Made by a program: the position numbers and the translations under genes | The notes under the pieces: model-generated | What the model was told of the DNA's origin: nothing | The model's database searches: none | Seen by the model: the letters and a program-made list of their open reading frames with translations, nothing else | Assembly (NCBI RefSeq): GCF_004353825.1 | Contig: NZ_SMNA01000013.1 | Coordinates: forward strand, 62,001-126,000 | Direction of reading: 5' to 3' | Length of the DNA: 64,000 nt | Origin: Occultella glacieicola | GTDB lineage: Bacteria > Actinomycetota > Actinomycetes > Actinomycetales > Beutenbergiaceae | Part shown: positions 1 to 9,814 of the stretch, in pieces | Numbering within the stretch: position 1 is the stretch's first letter | Layout: each line of letters begins with the position of its first letter

Positions 1-2
1 AG

Positions 3-248
3 GCCACCGCGAAGGCGCTGCTGGTGGACCGGGAGGCCCTGAAGGTCGCCCAGGCCAGCGGCGACGTGCTCGGCGCGAACGGCCTGCTCATGGACGCCTA
101 CAACACCGACGTCCGCCCGCTCCTCGCGCAGGTGCGCGAGGACCAGGGCCTGGCTGCCGACCCCATCGCCGCCTACCGCGCGTCCGGGTACGGCGAGAAG
201 ATCATCGCCGAGCGCGTCGGCGGCACCCAGGCCGGATGGGGCGCCTGA
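3..248 (+). CDS. rhaI: L-rhamnose isomerase, C-terminal part (truncated by window edge)
   Basis: Open frame from position 3 ([10 protein letters not shown]...[11 protein letters not shown]...GGTQAGWGA) matches the C-terminus of actinobacterial RhaI; immediately upstream of rhaD/rhaB. Confidence 0.85.
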   Translation, partial: ATAKALLVDREALKVAQASGDVLGANGLLMDAYNTDVRPLLAQVREDQGLAADPIAAYRASGYGEKIIAERVGGTQAGWGA

Positions 249-315
249 CCTCCCGCCGCACCGGCGCCCGCAACCGGAACCGACTCCTACCACCCACGAG
301 AGTGAAGGCTCTTCC

Positions 316-2352
316 ATGACCAACCCGGCCGTCGCCGACCTCATCGCCCGGTCCAACCGCCTCGGCGCGGACCCGCGCAACACCAACTACGCCGGCGGGA
401 ACACCTCCGCCAAGGGCACCGAGATCGACCCGGTCACCGGGGAGTCCGTGGAGCTGTGCTGGGTGAAGGGCTCCGGCGGAGACCTCGGCACCCTGAAGGA
501 GTCCGGCCTGGCGGTGCTGCGTCTGGACCGGCTGCGCGCCCTGACCGGCGTGTACCCGGGCGTGGACCGCGAGGACGAGATGGTCGCCGCGTTCGACTAC
601 TGCCTGCACGGCAAGGGCGGGGCCGCGCCGAGCATCGACACCGCGATGCACGGGCTCGTCGACGCCGCCCACGTGGACCACCTCCACCCCGACTCCGGCA
701 TCGCGATCGCCACCGCCGCCGACGGCGAGCAGCTCACCGCCACGATCTTCGGCGACCGGGTGGTCTGGGTCCCGTGGCGTCGCCCCGGCTTCCAGCTCGG
801 CCTGGACATCGCCGCCATCAAGGAGGCGAACCCGGCCGCGATCGGCTGCATCCTCGGCGGCCACGGCATCACCGCCTGGGGGGAGACCTCCGAGCAGGCC
901 GAGGCGAACTCCCTCGAGATCATCGCCACGGCCGAGGCCTACATCGCCGACCACGGCACGGCGAACCCATTCGGCGCCGTCGTGCCCGGCTACGAGGCGC
1001 TGCCCGAGACCGAGCGCCGCGCGAAGGCCGCCGCCCTGGCCCCCGCGATCCGGGGCATCGCCTCCGCCGACGCCCCCCAGGTGGGCCACTTCACCGACGC
1101 ACCCGAGGTCCTGGACTTCCTCGCCAGCGAGAAGCTCGGTCCGCTCGCGGCGCTGGGCACGTCCTGCCCGGACCACTTCCTGCGCACCAAGGTCAAGCCG
1201 CTCGTGGTCGACCTGCCCGCGGCCGCCCCCGTCGAGGACGTGCTCGCCCGCCTGGCCGAGCTGCACGAGGCCTACCGCGCCGACTACGCCGCCTACTACG
1301 ACCGGCACGCCACGCCGGACAGCCCGGCGATGAGGGGCGCCGACCCGGCGATCGTGCTGGTGCCGGGCGTCGGCATGTTCTCCTTCGGGAAGAACAAGCA
1401 GACCGCGCGCGTGGCCGGCGAGTTCTACGTCAACGCGATCAATGTGATGCGCGGCGCCGAGGCGCTGTCCAGCTACGCCCCGATCGAGGAGTCCGAGAAG
1501 TTCCGGATCGAGTACTGGGCCCTCGAGGAGGCCAAGCTCGCCCGGATGCCCAGGCCGAAGGCGCTCGCCACCCGGGTGGCCCTGGTCACCGGCGCCGGCT
1601 CTGGCATCGGCCGCGCGATCGCCGAGCGGCTCGCCGCCGAGGGTGCCTGCGTCGTCATCGCCGACCTCAACCTCGAGGGCGCGCAGGCCGTCGCCGCCGA
1701 GCTCGGCGGGCCGGACGTGGCCGTGGCCGTTCAGTGCGACGTCACCAGCGAGGAGCAGGTGTCCGCGCTCATCGACGCGGCGGCGCTCGCGTTCGGGGGC
1801 GTGGACCTGGTGGTCAACAACGCCGGCCTGTCCATCTCGAAGCCGCTGCTGGAGACCACGGTCAAGGACTGGGACATCCAGCACGACGTGATGGCCCGTG
1901 GCTCGTTCCTGGTGGCCCGCGAGGCCGCCCGCGCGCTGATCGCCCAGAAGCTCGGCGGCGACATCGTCTACATCGCGAGCAAGAACTCCCTGTTCGCCGG
2001 CCCGAACAACATCGCCTACTCCGCGACCAAGGCGGACCAGGCCCACCAGGTGCGGCTGCTCGCGGCCGAGCTCGGGGAGCACGGCGTGCGGGTCAACGGC
2101 ATCAACCCCGACGGCGTGGTGCGCGGTTCCGGCATCTTCGCCGGCGGGTGGGGCGCCAAGCGGGCCGCCGTGTACGGCGTCGAGGAGTCCGAGCTCGGCG
2201 CGTACTACGCGCAGCGCACGCTGCTCAAGCGTGAGGTGCTGCCCGAGCACGTGGCCGCCGCGGTGTTCGCCCTCGCCGGCGGCGACCTGAGCCAGACGAC
2301 CGGTCTGCACATCCCGGTCGACTCCGGGGTCGCGGCCGCGTTCCTGCGCTGA
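316..2352 (+). CDS. rhaD: Bifunctional rhamnulose-1-phosphate aldolase / short-chain dehydrogenase
   Basis: Class II aldolase N-terminus (GGNTSAK, PSIDTAMH, HLHPD, TSCPDHFLRTK) fused to an SDR domain (TGAGSGIG, YSATK). Confidence 0.93.
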   Translation: MTNPAVADLIARSNRLGADPRNTNYAGGNTSAKGTEIDPVTGESVELCWVKGSGGDLGTLKESGLAVLRLDRLRALTGVYPGVDREDEMVAAFDYCLHGKGGAAPSIDTAMHGLVDAAHVDHLHPDSGIAIATAADGEQLTATIFGDRVVWVPWRRPGFQLGLDIAAIKEANPAAIGCILGGHGITAWGETSEQAEANSLEIIATAEAYIADHGTANPFGAVVPGYEALPETERRAKAAALAPAIRGIASADAPQVGHFTDAPEVLDFLASEKLGPLAALGTSCPDHFLRTKVKPLVVDLPAAAPVEDVLARLAELHEAYRADYAAYYDRHATPDSPAMRGADPAIVLVPGVGMFSFGKNKQTARVAGEFYVNAINVMRGAEALSSYAPIEESEKFRIEYWALEEAKLARMPRPKALATRVALVTGAGSGIGRAIAERLAAEGACVVIADLNLEGAQAVAAELGGPDVAVAVQCDVTSEEQVSALIDAAALAFGGVDLVVNNAGLSISKPLLETTVKDWDIQHDVMARGSFLVAREAARALIAQKLGGDIVYIASKNSLFAGPNNIAYSATKADQAHQVRLLAAELGEHGVRVNGINPDGVVRGSGIFAGGWGAKRAAVYGVEESELGAYYAQRTLLKREVLPEHVAAAVFALAGGDLSQTTGLHIPVDSGVAAAFLR

Positions 2353-2362
2353 TGGGGCGCCG

Positions 2363-3874
2363 GTGACCGCGTTCGCCGCCGTCGACCTGGGCGCCTCCTC
2401 GGGGCGGGTGATCCGCGCCGAGGTAGTGCAGGTCGACGGCGAGCCGCGCATCGTTCTCGAAGAGGTAGCCCGGTTCTCCAACGGCGCGGTGCCTGATCAA
2501 AACGGGGTGCCCGACGGCGCAGGCACGTTGCGCTGGGACCTCACCGGGCTCTTCGGTGAGATAGTGCAGGGGCTGCGCGCCGCTGCGCGGCGCGGCCCGC
2601 TCGCCGGGATCGGCATCGACACCTGGGCCGTGGACTACGGGCTGATCGGCGCCGACGGCGCACTGCTCGCCGAGCCCGTCGCCTACCGCGACGAGCGGAC
2701 GGCGACCGTCATCGAGAACGTGCACTCCGCCGTCGGGCCGGAGGAGCTGTACGCGATCGCGGGCATGCAGCACCTGCCGTTCAACACGATCTACCAGCTC
2801 GCGGCCGAGCGGGACGCCGGCAGCCTCGACGGGGTGGCGCGGGCGCTGCTGATCCCGGACCTGCTCGCGTACCTGCTCACCGGCAACGAGGTGAGCGAGT
2901 TGACGAACGCGTCCACCACGGCCCTGCTCGACCAGCGGACCCGGACCTGGTCCGTCGACCTGCTGCGGCGGCTCGGGTTGCCGGCGGGGCTGTTCCCGGA
3001 CGTCGTCGAACCGGGACACGTGATCGGCACCCTGTCCGGGCCGGTGCGGGAGGCGACCGGTCTCGGCGACGTGCCCGTGATCGCCGTCGGCTCCCACGAC
3101 ACCGCGTCCGCGGTCGCGGGCATCCCGGCCACGGGCGACGACTTCGCGTACGTCTCCTGCGGCACCTGGTCCCTGGTGGGTGTCGAGCTCACCGAACCGG
3201 TGCTCACCGAGGCCTCGCGGGCGGCGAACTTCACGAACGAGCTCGGCGTCGACGGCACCGTGCGGTACCTGCGGAACGTGATGGGGCTGTGGCTGCTCCA
3301 GGAGTCCCAGCGCACCTGGCGCGAGGCCGGGGACCCCGACCTCGAGATCACGACATTGCTGGACGCGGCGGCGCGGGTTCCGGCCCGGCGGACCCTCGTG
3401 GACGTCGACCACCCGGACTTCCTGCCGCCGGGGGACATGCCCGCCCGGATCGCCGCGCACGCCCGCGCGGGCGGCCAGCCGGTCCCGGTCGGCCCGGCCG
3501 AGGTGACCCGGTGCATCCTGGACTCCCTCGCCGTGGCCTACCGGCGGGCGGTCCGTGATGCCACCGACCTGTCCGGCCACCCGGTGCGGGTGCTGCACAT
3601 CGTCGGCGGTGGGTCCAGGAACGCGCTGCTGTGCCAGGCCGCGGCGGACGCCACCGGCCTGCCGGTGGTCGCCGGGCCGGACGAGAGCACCGCCCTGGGG
3701 AACGTGCTCGTCCAGGCCCGTGCCGTCGGGGCCGTCACCGGCGATCTGGCCGGCCTGCGCGCGATCGCCGCCCGCGGGCTGCACCTGACCCGGTACCGGC
3801 CGGACCCGGCCGAGCGGGACGCCTGGGCCCTCGCCGAGGAGCGCGTGCACGGCGCCCGCGCCGACCTGGTGTGA
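2363..3874 (+). CDS. rhaB: Rhamnulokinase (FGGY family)
   Basis: AVDLGASSGR, GIDTWAVDYGL, SHDTASAV and GTWSL motifs; operon context. Confidence 0.92.
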   Translation: MTAFAAVDLGASSGRVIRAEVVQVDGEPRIVLEEVARFSNGAVPDQNGVPDGAGTLRWDLTGLFGEIVQGLRAAARRGPLAGIGIDTWAVDYGLIGADGALLAEPVAYRDERTATVIENVHSAVGPEELYAIAGMQHLPFNTIYQLAAERDAGSLDGVARALLIPDLLAYLLTGNEVSELTNASTTALLDQRTRTWSVDLLRRLGLPAGLFPDVVEPGHVIGTLSGPVREATGLGDVPVIAVGSHDTASAVAGIPATGDDFAYVSCGTWSLVGVELTEPVLTEASRAANFTNELGVDGTVRYLRNVMGLWLLQESQRTWREAGDPDLEITTLLDAAARVPARRTLVDVDHPDFLPPGDMPARIAAHARAGGQPVPVGPAEVTRCILDSLAVAYRRAVRDATDLSGHPVRVLHIVGGGSRNALLCQAAADATGLPVVAGPDESTALGNVLVQARAVGAVTGDLAGLRAIAARGLHLTRYRPDPAERDAWALAEERVHGARADLV

Positions 3875-4524
3875 GCGGCTACCGGAACCCGCTCGCCGGG
3901 CCGGCGGACGTAGCCGACTGGGTCCTCGAGGGCGACGGCGCGGTGACGTTTCCGCAGGGCCGGATGCGGCTGGAGTCCACCCGCGACCCCGCCGAGGGAC
4001 AGGCCGCGAACCTGGTGTTCTGGTGCCCGGTCGAGGTGTCCGACGGCGTGGCGATCAGCTGGGACTTCTGGCCGGTCCACGAACCGGGGCTGTGCATCCT
4101 GTTCTTCGCGGCCACCGGGCACGGCGGGCTCGACTTGTTCGACCCGGCCCTGCCGGCCCGGACCGGTGAGTACGAGCAGTACCACCACGGCGCCCTGGAC
4201 GCCTACCACGTGTCCTACTTCCGGCGCCGCTGGCCGGACGAGCGGGCCCTGCACACCTGCAACCTGCGCAAGTCCCACGGCTTCCACCTGGTGGCATCCG
4301 GTCCCGACCCGCTGCCGGGGGTGCCGGACGCCCGCGGGCCCTACCGGGTCCGGCTCACCCTCTCCCGCGGCGCCGTGACGTTCTCGATCAACGACGTCGA
4401 GTCCTTCCGGTGGGTCGACGACGGCTCGGTGGGCGGGCCGCCGCTGGGGTCGGGCCGGATCGGGTTCCGGCAGATGGCCCCGATGATCGCCGAGTACGCG
4501 AACCTGCGGATCGAGCCGATCTGA
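3871..4524 (+). CDS. DUF1961 / YesU family protein
   Basis: GTG overlaps the rhaB stop (GTGA); YHVSYFRR, TCNLRKS and GRIGFRQM motifs of YesU-like proteins. Confidence 0.75.
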   Translation: MSGYRNPLAGPADVADWVLEGDGAVTFPQGRMRLESTRDPAEGQAANLVFWCPVEVSDGVAISWDFWPVHEPGLCILFFAATGHGGLDLFDPALPARTGEYEQYHHGALDAYHVSYFRRRWPDERALHTCNLRKSHGFHLVASGPDPLPGVPDARGPYRVRLTLSRGAVTFSINDVESFRWVDDGSVGGPPLGSGRIGFRQMAPMIAEYANLRIEPI

Positions 4525-4546
4525 CGACCGTGGGGTCCGCCGCCGG

Positions 4547-4888
4547 TCAGCCAGCGAGCCAGATCGCGGTCAGCAGGAGCGCCCAGAAGCCGACCACCAC
4601 GTAGCCGAGCACCAGCGCCGCCATGGCAAGGCCCCGGCCGCGCATCAGGTTGTTCCGGGTCTGGACCACGCCGATGTGCCCGAAGACGATCGCGAGCAGC
4701 GCGGGCACCGACAGCACCACACCGAGCAGGGCGAACACGAGGGCGAGGGTCGCCCAGACCGAGGACTTCGGCGGTGGCGTGAAGTAGCCGGGACCGGAGA
4801 ACGTCTCGGCGTAGGAGGGTAGCGGCCGGGTGTAGCCGTTCACGAACGGCGAGACGCCGTACTGGGCGGTCGCCTGCCAGGGCCGCAT
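4547..4888 (-). CDS. DUF4190-like small membrane protein
   Basis: Pro/Tyr-rich N-terminus, then two TM helices with AIVFGHIG...GRGLAMAALVLGY; start uncertain (ATG 4888 or GTG 4975). Confidence 0.7.
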   Translation of the reverse strand: MRPWQATAQYGVSPFVNGYTRPLPSYAETFSGPGYFTPPPKSSVWATLALVFALLGVVLSVPALLAIVFGHIGVVQTRNNLMRGRGLAMAALVLGYVVVGFWALLLTAIWLAG

Positions 4889-4978
4889 GGGCTCACCCCG
4901 GGGTTCGGGCTGACCCGCCCCCGGCACCGGGGCGCGAACCGTGCCGAGCGTTGCGAAACCGGCGCCGTCGGGCACGAC

Positions 4979-5584
4979 TCAGCCGGTCGCCGTCGGGAGT
5001 GGTTCGCAGCCCTGCGGAGCAGGGATCACGACGGTCGGATCGAGGAGCACCTCGTCGGCGGGGAGCAGCATCTCGAACGTGCCGCCGAGCACCACGTCGA
5101 CGGTGGCGTCCGCACGCTCGTCGAGCACGATGGTGGACTCGGGGAAGAGCAGCGCCACGCTGTACGCCTGGCCGAGGCCGGTGGGGCCGGCGACGAGCCG
5201 GACCACCCCCGCGTAGCTGGACTCGGCGTTGGCCTGGCTCGCGACGACGATGCCGCGGGCCTGCAGTTCGGCCGCGGTGGTGCCGGCGAGACCGGCCCGG
5301 GAGGTGCCGTTCAGGACGTTCGTGGTGATCTCGGCGAAGTTGACGTAGGTCTGCCCCTCGGGCGGGCACGGGCCGGGCGGGGCCGTCGCCTCGGTGGGCT
5401 CGGGGGAGTTGATCGGGATGTTCACGGGCGTCGGGAGGATCCCGACCCACATGGCACCCGCGGTCAGCGCGATCACCAGCAGCGCCGCGATCAGGGCCCC
5501 GAACACGACGGTCTGACGCTGCTGCAGGTGCCGGCGCCGGGCCAGCCGGGCCTCGGCGGCCGCGCGGTTGCCGTTCGTGCTCAC
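4979..5584 (-). CDS. LytR C-terminal domain membrane protein
   Basis: N-terminal TM helix, VLNGTSRAGLA and VDVVLG motifs; TAGGTT -10 six nt before the GTG. Confidence 0.82.
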   Translation of the reverse strand: MSTNGNRAAAEARLARRRHLQQRQTVVFGALIAALLVIALTAGAMWVGILPTPVNIPINSPEPTEATAPPGPCPPEGQTYVNFAEITTNVLNGTSRAGLAGTTAAELQARGIVVASQANAESSYAGVVRLVAGPTGLGQAYSVALLFPESTIVLDERADATVDVVLGGTFEMLLPADEVLLDPTVVIPAPQGCEPLPTATG

Positions 5585-5629
5585 GGAAGGAACCTAGCGG
5601 ATGCCCGGACCACGGCGGTGCTCATGGCG

Positions 5630-5923
5630 TCAGATCTCCAGGACCCGGGCATGCAGCACGTTGCGCTGCTGCAGCGCGGTACGCAGGGCGCGGTGCAGGC
5701 CGTCCTCGAGGTAGAGCACCCCGCGCCAGGACACCACGTGGGCGAACAGGTCGCCGTAGAACGTGGAGTCCTCCGACAGCAGGCTGTGCAGGTCGAGGGT
5801 GGCCTTGGTGGTGACCAGTTCGTCCAGGTGCACCTGCCGCGGGGGGATCTCCGACCAGTCCTTGGGCGTGGTCAGCCCGTGGTCCGGGTAGGGGCGCTCA
5901 TCGCCGACGGCCTTGAAGATCAC
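5630..5923 (-). CDS. Conserved actinobacterial 97-aa protein (often auto-annotated as VapB antitoxin; ParB/Srx-like motif)
   Basis: MIFKAVGDERPYPDHG start, YLEDGLHRALR motif; TAGGAT -10 six nt before the GTG. Confidence 0.75.
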   Translation of the reverse strand: MIFKAVGDERPYPDHGLTTPKDWSEIPPRQVHLDELVTTKATLDLHSLLSEDSTFYGDLFAHVVSWRGVLYLEDGLHRALRTALQQRNVLHARVLEI

Positions 5924-6012
5924 CAGATGATCCTAAGTGAGGTAGCGGCCTGCCCCTACCGACCCACCATCACGGTTGGGAAATCCACTCTGTGGGAGTA
6001 GCATCCATTCGC

Positions 6013-7200
6013 ATGCCGTCCGACGCGCCACCCGCTCTGGCCACGATGTCCTGGACCGACCTCGACGGCGCCCGCGGGGCGTTGCGGGAGGGATCGGCCC
6101 GAGGGTCGCTGCGGAGCGCGCGGGACGGGCTCCTGGCTCGGGCGCGGACGCTGTCGGTCCTCGCTCCGGTGGCCGTCACGGACAAGCCGGAACCGGGACC
6201 GTCGGGGCAGATCCGCGACTTCTACGCGATCGGCAAGTACGCCTGGCCCGACCCGGACCGACCGGACGGGATGCCGTACCAGCGCCGCGACTGCCTGATC
6301 AACCCCGACTCGAACTCGGCCCGCTATGACAAGGCGCGCTATGACGAGATGGTCGAACGGGTCCGGGTGCTCACCCTCGGCGCGTTCCTCGGCGACGACG
6401 CCGAGCTCGGCGCGGCCGCCGCTGCGGTGCTGCGGACCTGGTTCGTGGACCCTGCCACGTCGATGACACCGCACCTGCGTCACGCGGCCGTGCTGCCGGG
6501 GGTCAACGACGGCGCGGCGATCGGCATCATCGAGGGTGCCGTGCTCGTCGAGGTGCTCGACCACGTGCGCCTCCTCGAGGCGGACGGCCACTGGAGCGGC
6601 GCGGACCGCGACGGTCTGCGGGTCTGGATGGCCGAGTACGCCCGGTGGCTGCGGACGAGCGAGTTCGGCACCACCGAGGGCCGGATGGTGAACAACCATG
6701 GCTCGTTCTGGCTCGCACAGGTGGCCGCGGCCGCCGGCTATGCGGGCACCGCGACACCCGAGGTGATCGCCGACCTGGCCGGGCTCGGCCGCACGCACCT
6801 CGAGCACCAGCTCGGCCCGGACGGCTCACTGCCGGAGGAGATGGCCCGCCCGGACGCGTGGCAGTACGCGACCTACGGGTTGCGCGCGCTCGCCACCGAG
6901 GCCCAGGTCCTCGCCGGGCTCGGGGTGGACCAGTGGGCGTACGAGACGAGCGACGGGCGAAGCCTGCGCCTCGCCTACGAGTTCCTCCTGCCCTACCTGG
7001 GTGGTGCCGAATGGCCCTATGCCCGGGTGGACCAGGACGAGGACAACCACGCCGCCGACCACGCGATCGCCGCGGCCCGGATGGGAGCGATCGGACTCGC
7101 CGACCCGCGCGCGGTCGAGGCGCACCGCCGCATGGCCGCCAGCGGCGAGCCGAGGCACGTGGTGCTGGCCGGCGACGTTCGCCAGGGTGTGGACGCCTAG
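6013..7200 (+). CDS. Alginate lyase family protein (Alginate_lyase-type alpha/alpha fold)
   Basis: DFYAIGKYAWPDP...PYQRRD, LRTWFVDP and catalytic NNHG motifs, LPEEMAR...YATY. Confidence 0.8.
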   Translation: MPSDAPPALATMSWTDLDGARGALREGSARGSLRSARDGLLARARTLSVLAPVAVTDKPEPGPSGQIRDFYAIGKYAWPDPDRPDGMPYQRRDCLINPDSNSARYDKARYDEMVERVRVLTLGAFLGDDAELGAAAAAVLRTWFVDPATSMTPHLRHAAVLPGVNDGAAIGIIEGAVLVEVLDHVRLLEADGHWSGADRDGLRVWMAEYARWLRTSEFGTTEGRMVNNHGSFWLAQVAAAAGYAGTATPEVIADLAGLGRTHLEHQLGPDGSLPEEMARPDAWQYATYGLRALATEAQVLAGLGVDQWAYETSDGRSLRLAYEFLLPYLGGAEWPYARVDQDEDNHAADHAIAAARMGAIGLADPRAVEAHRRMAASGEPRHVVLAGDVRQGVDA

Positions 7201-7802
7201 GAGTAGGCAAGATAGCGGCCGGGCTTGCCCGGATTCTCGACCGTGAACCGCAGTTGCAGGTCGGTCTGACCGATCAGGCCGACCTGCTGGGTGAACTGTT
7301 CGTTGGTGACGAAGAGGTGCCCGTGCAGGCTCCAGTCCTGCGCGAGCCAGGTCCGAAGTGCCTCGAGCAGCGCCCGATCCGTCTCCGTCGCCAGTCGGGA
7401 CCGGCGCACCCAGAAGTACACCGCGGCCTCGTAGGAGTCCCAGCGTTGGTCGCCCACCGCGGTGATGCGCGCGCCGTTGAACGAGCGCCCATCGGTCGCC
7501 ATGAGGTAGACGCACCCGAGACACTCCGTGCCGGACGGGTCTGTCACGGTGTAGGTGAACGCCCGGCGGTCGGCGTGCCGCTCCTCCAGCCCCACCAGGT
7601 CCTTGCGGTTCGCTTCGACCGTGAAGTCGTCCGCCGGCCACGTCGACTGCTCCCAGGTGCGCAGGTAGTCTCGGCTCTCCATCACGGCCGCGTAGTCCAA
7701 CTCGGCGTCGTCGGCCATGATCGGGCGGAGGATGAACTCGGCGGTTGCCAATCCCTCAGGGATGGATTCCAGGTTCGTGAAGGGCACGTCGTGCTCCCGC
7801 AT
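7197..7802 (-). CDS. GNAT-like acetyltransferase (RimJ/L-like)
   Basis: LRPIMADDAELDYAAVM, FTYTV, CLGCVY and VYFWVR motifs; stop codon overlaps the lyase stop in CTAG at 7197-7200. Confidence 0.65.
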   Translation of the reverse strand: MREHDVPFTNLESIPEGLATAEFILRPIMADDAELDYAAVMESRDYLRTWEQSTWPADDFTVEANRKDLVGLEERHADRRAFTYTVTDPSGTECLGCVYLMATDGRSFNGARITAVGDQRWDSYEAAVYFWVRRSRLATETDRALLEALRTWLAQDWSLHGHLFVTNEQFTQQVGLIGQTDLQLRFTVENPGKPGRYLAYS

Positions 7803-7897
7803 GTCGGTGGCTCTCGGTTCACGGTAACGACTCCTCCGGGAGCCTCAAGCGAATATGCCCGACGGCGCCCGGGCGCGTCGCCCTACTCTGGGCTCTC

Positions 7898-8482
7898 ATG
7901 GGGCGACGTCGCAGCGCAGGGCTGGTGGTGGCCGTGGCGCTCCTGGGAAGCGGCACCTCCTGCACGGACCCGTCGCCGACGCCGTCCACGGAATCATCGG
8001 TGACACCGTGTGACATCGCGGCTCCCGACGCCGCATTTCTGCCGCCGGACTTCTCAGGGGAGATCCAGCATCAGGCCGATGGGTTCGGGGGCTTGTTGTT
8101 CGAGTCGCTCGAATCGGCCGTATGTGACGGCTTCGAGAGGGTACTTGTCGAGCTCGGCTCCTACCGCGGTGAGGACCCCGGTCAACCCGGCCTGTGGGCC
8201 GAGTGGGTCGATCAGGTCACGCTCGACAGCGGAGAGATCGTGCCCATCGAGGGTTCGCAGATCTTGGTGCTCAGCATCATCGGCGCCACCTGGCAGCCCG
8301 ACACCGGCGGCACTCATGGTGTCTCCGGTCCTACCGGCGACCCGATCGCCGAGGCCCAGTACCAGGAGCAGTCGGGAGGTTCGGCCGGGCTGTTCGTGGG
8401 GCTCATCGAACGTTCGGAGTTCCGCGCCTTCACCCTGGCTGACCCTTACCGGGTCGTGGTGGACGTCCGGTCGCCTTCCTGA
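7898..8482 (+). CDS. AMIN-like domain lipoprotein
   Basis: Signal peptide with lipobox-like GTSC; FERVLVEL and FRAFTLADPYRVVVDV motifs. Confidence 0.65.
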   Translation: MGRRRSAGLVVAVALLGSGTSCTDPSPTPSTESSVTPCDIAAPDAAFLPPDFSGEIQHQADGFGGLLFESLESAVCDGFERVLVELGSYRGEDPGQPGLWAEWVDQVTLDSGEIVPIEGSQILVLSIIGATWQPDTGGTHGVSGPTGDPIAEAQYQEQSGGSAGLFVGLIERSEFRAFTLADPYRVVVDVRSPS

Positions 8483-9699
8483 GCCGCTCGGTGTCCGACG
8501 AGCCGGTTGAGTCGCTCGGACATGAGTAGACCCAGTGCGGTCAGCACGGCGAGGAACAGCGGAAGGATCCACATTCCCGTCCAGGTCGAGATCGCGCCGA
8601 ACAGCGGGGGCGCGAGGGTGGAGCCGGTGTAGGCGGCGGCCATCTGGATGCCGATGATCGCCTGGGAGTTGCGGCGGCCGAAGTTCACCGGTGTGGAGTG
8701 GATGATGGCGGGGTAGATCGGCGCGGATCCGAGCCCGGCGACCACGAGCCCGACGAGCGCGAGCACATTCGTCTCCAGCGGAAGCGCCAGCATCACCACG
8801 CCGATCCCGACGCTCAGGAAGCCGCCACGGATCAGTAGCCGGTCCCCGATCCGGTCGGCGAAGAAGCCGGCCAGGAACCGCCCGGCGGTGATGCCCAGCA
8901 GGAAGAGCGAGGCGAACGCGGCCGCCGTGGCGGGCGCGACTCCGCGATCGGTGACGAGGTACGTCGACGCCCAGAGGATCGACGTGCTCTCGAGCGCGCA
9001 GTAGGCGAAGAAGGCGGTCAGGATCAGGGCGACGCCCGGGATCCGCAGGGCGCGCGCGAGGGGGACGTGGGTGCTGCCCTGTCCCGACGGTCCGGGCCCG
9101 GCCTCATGAGCCTCGTGGGGTTCGGCGGCGTGCCCGTCCGGGATGACGGAGTTGACCCTGCCCCAGAGCGGGAGGCTGACGAGCAGCAGGAACGTGAGGG
9201 CGGCCTGGATCGTGCCGACGATGAGGTAGGCGTTGGACCACCCCAGGCCGGAGGTGATGGCGTAGCTCATGATGAACGGGCTGATCGACGCACCGACACC
9301 CCAGAAGCTGTGCAGCCAGTTCATGTGTCGTGCCGCGTAGTGCAGGGCCACGTAGTTGTTGAGAGCCGCGTCGACCGCGCCGGCTCCCAGGCCGTAGGGG
9401 ATCGCCCACAGGCACAACATCCAGAACGAGTCGGAGAAGGAGAACCCCACGAGGGCGGCCGCGGTCATCCCGACGCTGACGGCCGTGACCAGGCCGGCGC
9501 CGAACCGGCGGGTGACCCGCTCGGAGGCGAGGCTCGATGCGATGGTGCCGCCGGCGATGATCATGGTGATGATGCCGGCGAAGGCCACGGGAACGCCGAG
9601 GTCCTGATGCATGACCGGCCAGCCGGCACCCACCAGGGAGTCGGGGAGCCCGAGGCTGACGAAGGCGACGTAGATGATGGCGAGGAGGAGCGAGTACAC
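8446..9699 (-). CDS. MFS transporter
   Basis: About 12 hydrophobic helices; LGLPDS, GAGAVDAALN and GRFLAGFFADRIG motifs. Confidence 0.88.
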   Translation of the reverse strand: MYSLLLAIIYVAFVSLGLPDSLVGAGWPVMHQDLGVPVAFAGIITMIIAGGTIASSLASERVTRRFGAGLVTAVSVGMTAAALVGFSFSDSFWMLCLWAIPYGLGAGAVDAALNNYVALHYAARHMNWLHSFWGVGASISPFIMSYAITSGLGWSNAYLIVGTIQAALTFLLLVSLPLWGRVNSVIPDGHAAEPHEAHEAGPGPSGQGSTHVPLARALRIPGVALILTAFFAYCALESTSILWASTYLVTDRGVAPATAAAFASLFLLGITAGRFLAGFFADRIGDRLLIRGGFLSVGIGVVMLALPLETNVLALVGLVVAGLGSAPIYPAIIHSTPVNFGRRNSQAIIGIQMAAAYTGSTLAPPLFGAISTWTGMWILPLFLAVLTALGLLMSERLNRLVGHRAAQEGDRTSTTTR

Positions 9700-9760
9700 G
9701 GCTTGGCGAACTGCCTTTCACGGGGCGTGGCGATCACGACGCAGCACCGCCGCGCACGGA

Positions 9761-9807
9761 CGAGCGTACACAATGTGTGTGCACGCTCGTACACATAGAG
9801 GTAGATT
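9761..9807. promoter_or_regulatory. Probable TetR operator and tetR -10 element in the divergent MFS/tetR spacer
   Basis: Inverted repeat CGAGCGTACAC-N7-GTGCACGCTCG (9761-9789); TAGATT at 9802-9807, 7 nt before the tetR ATG. Confidence 0.55.
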
Positions 9808-9814
9808 CGCGAGC

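Noticed and set aside
8446..8482. 37-nt convergent overlap of the AMIN lipoprotein and MFS genes
   Set aside because: Consistent with simple stop-codon drift at a junction of acquired genes; no further signal
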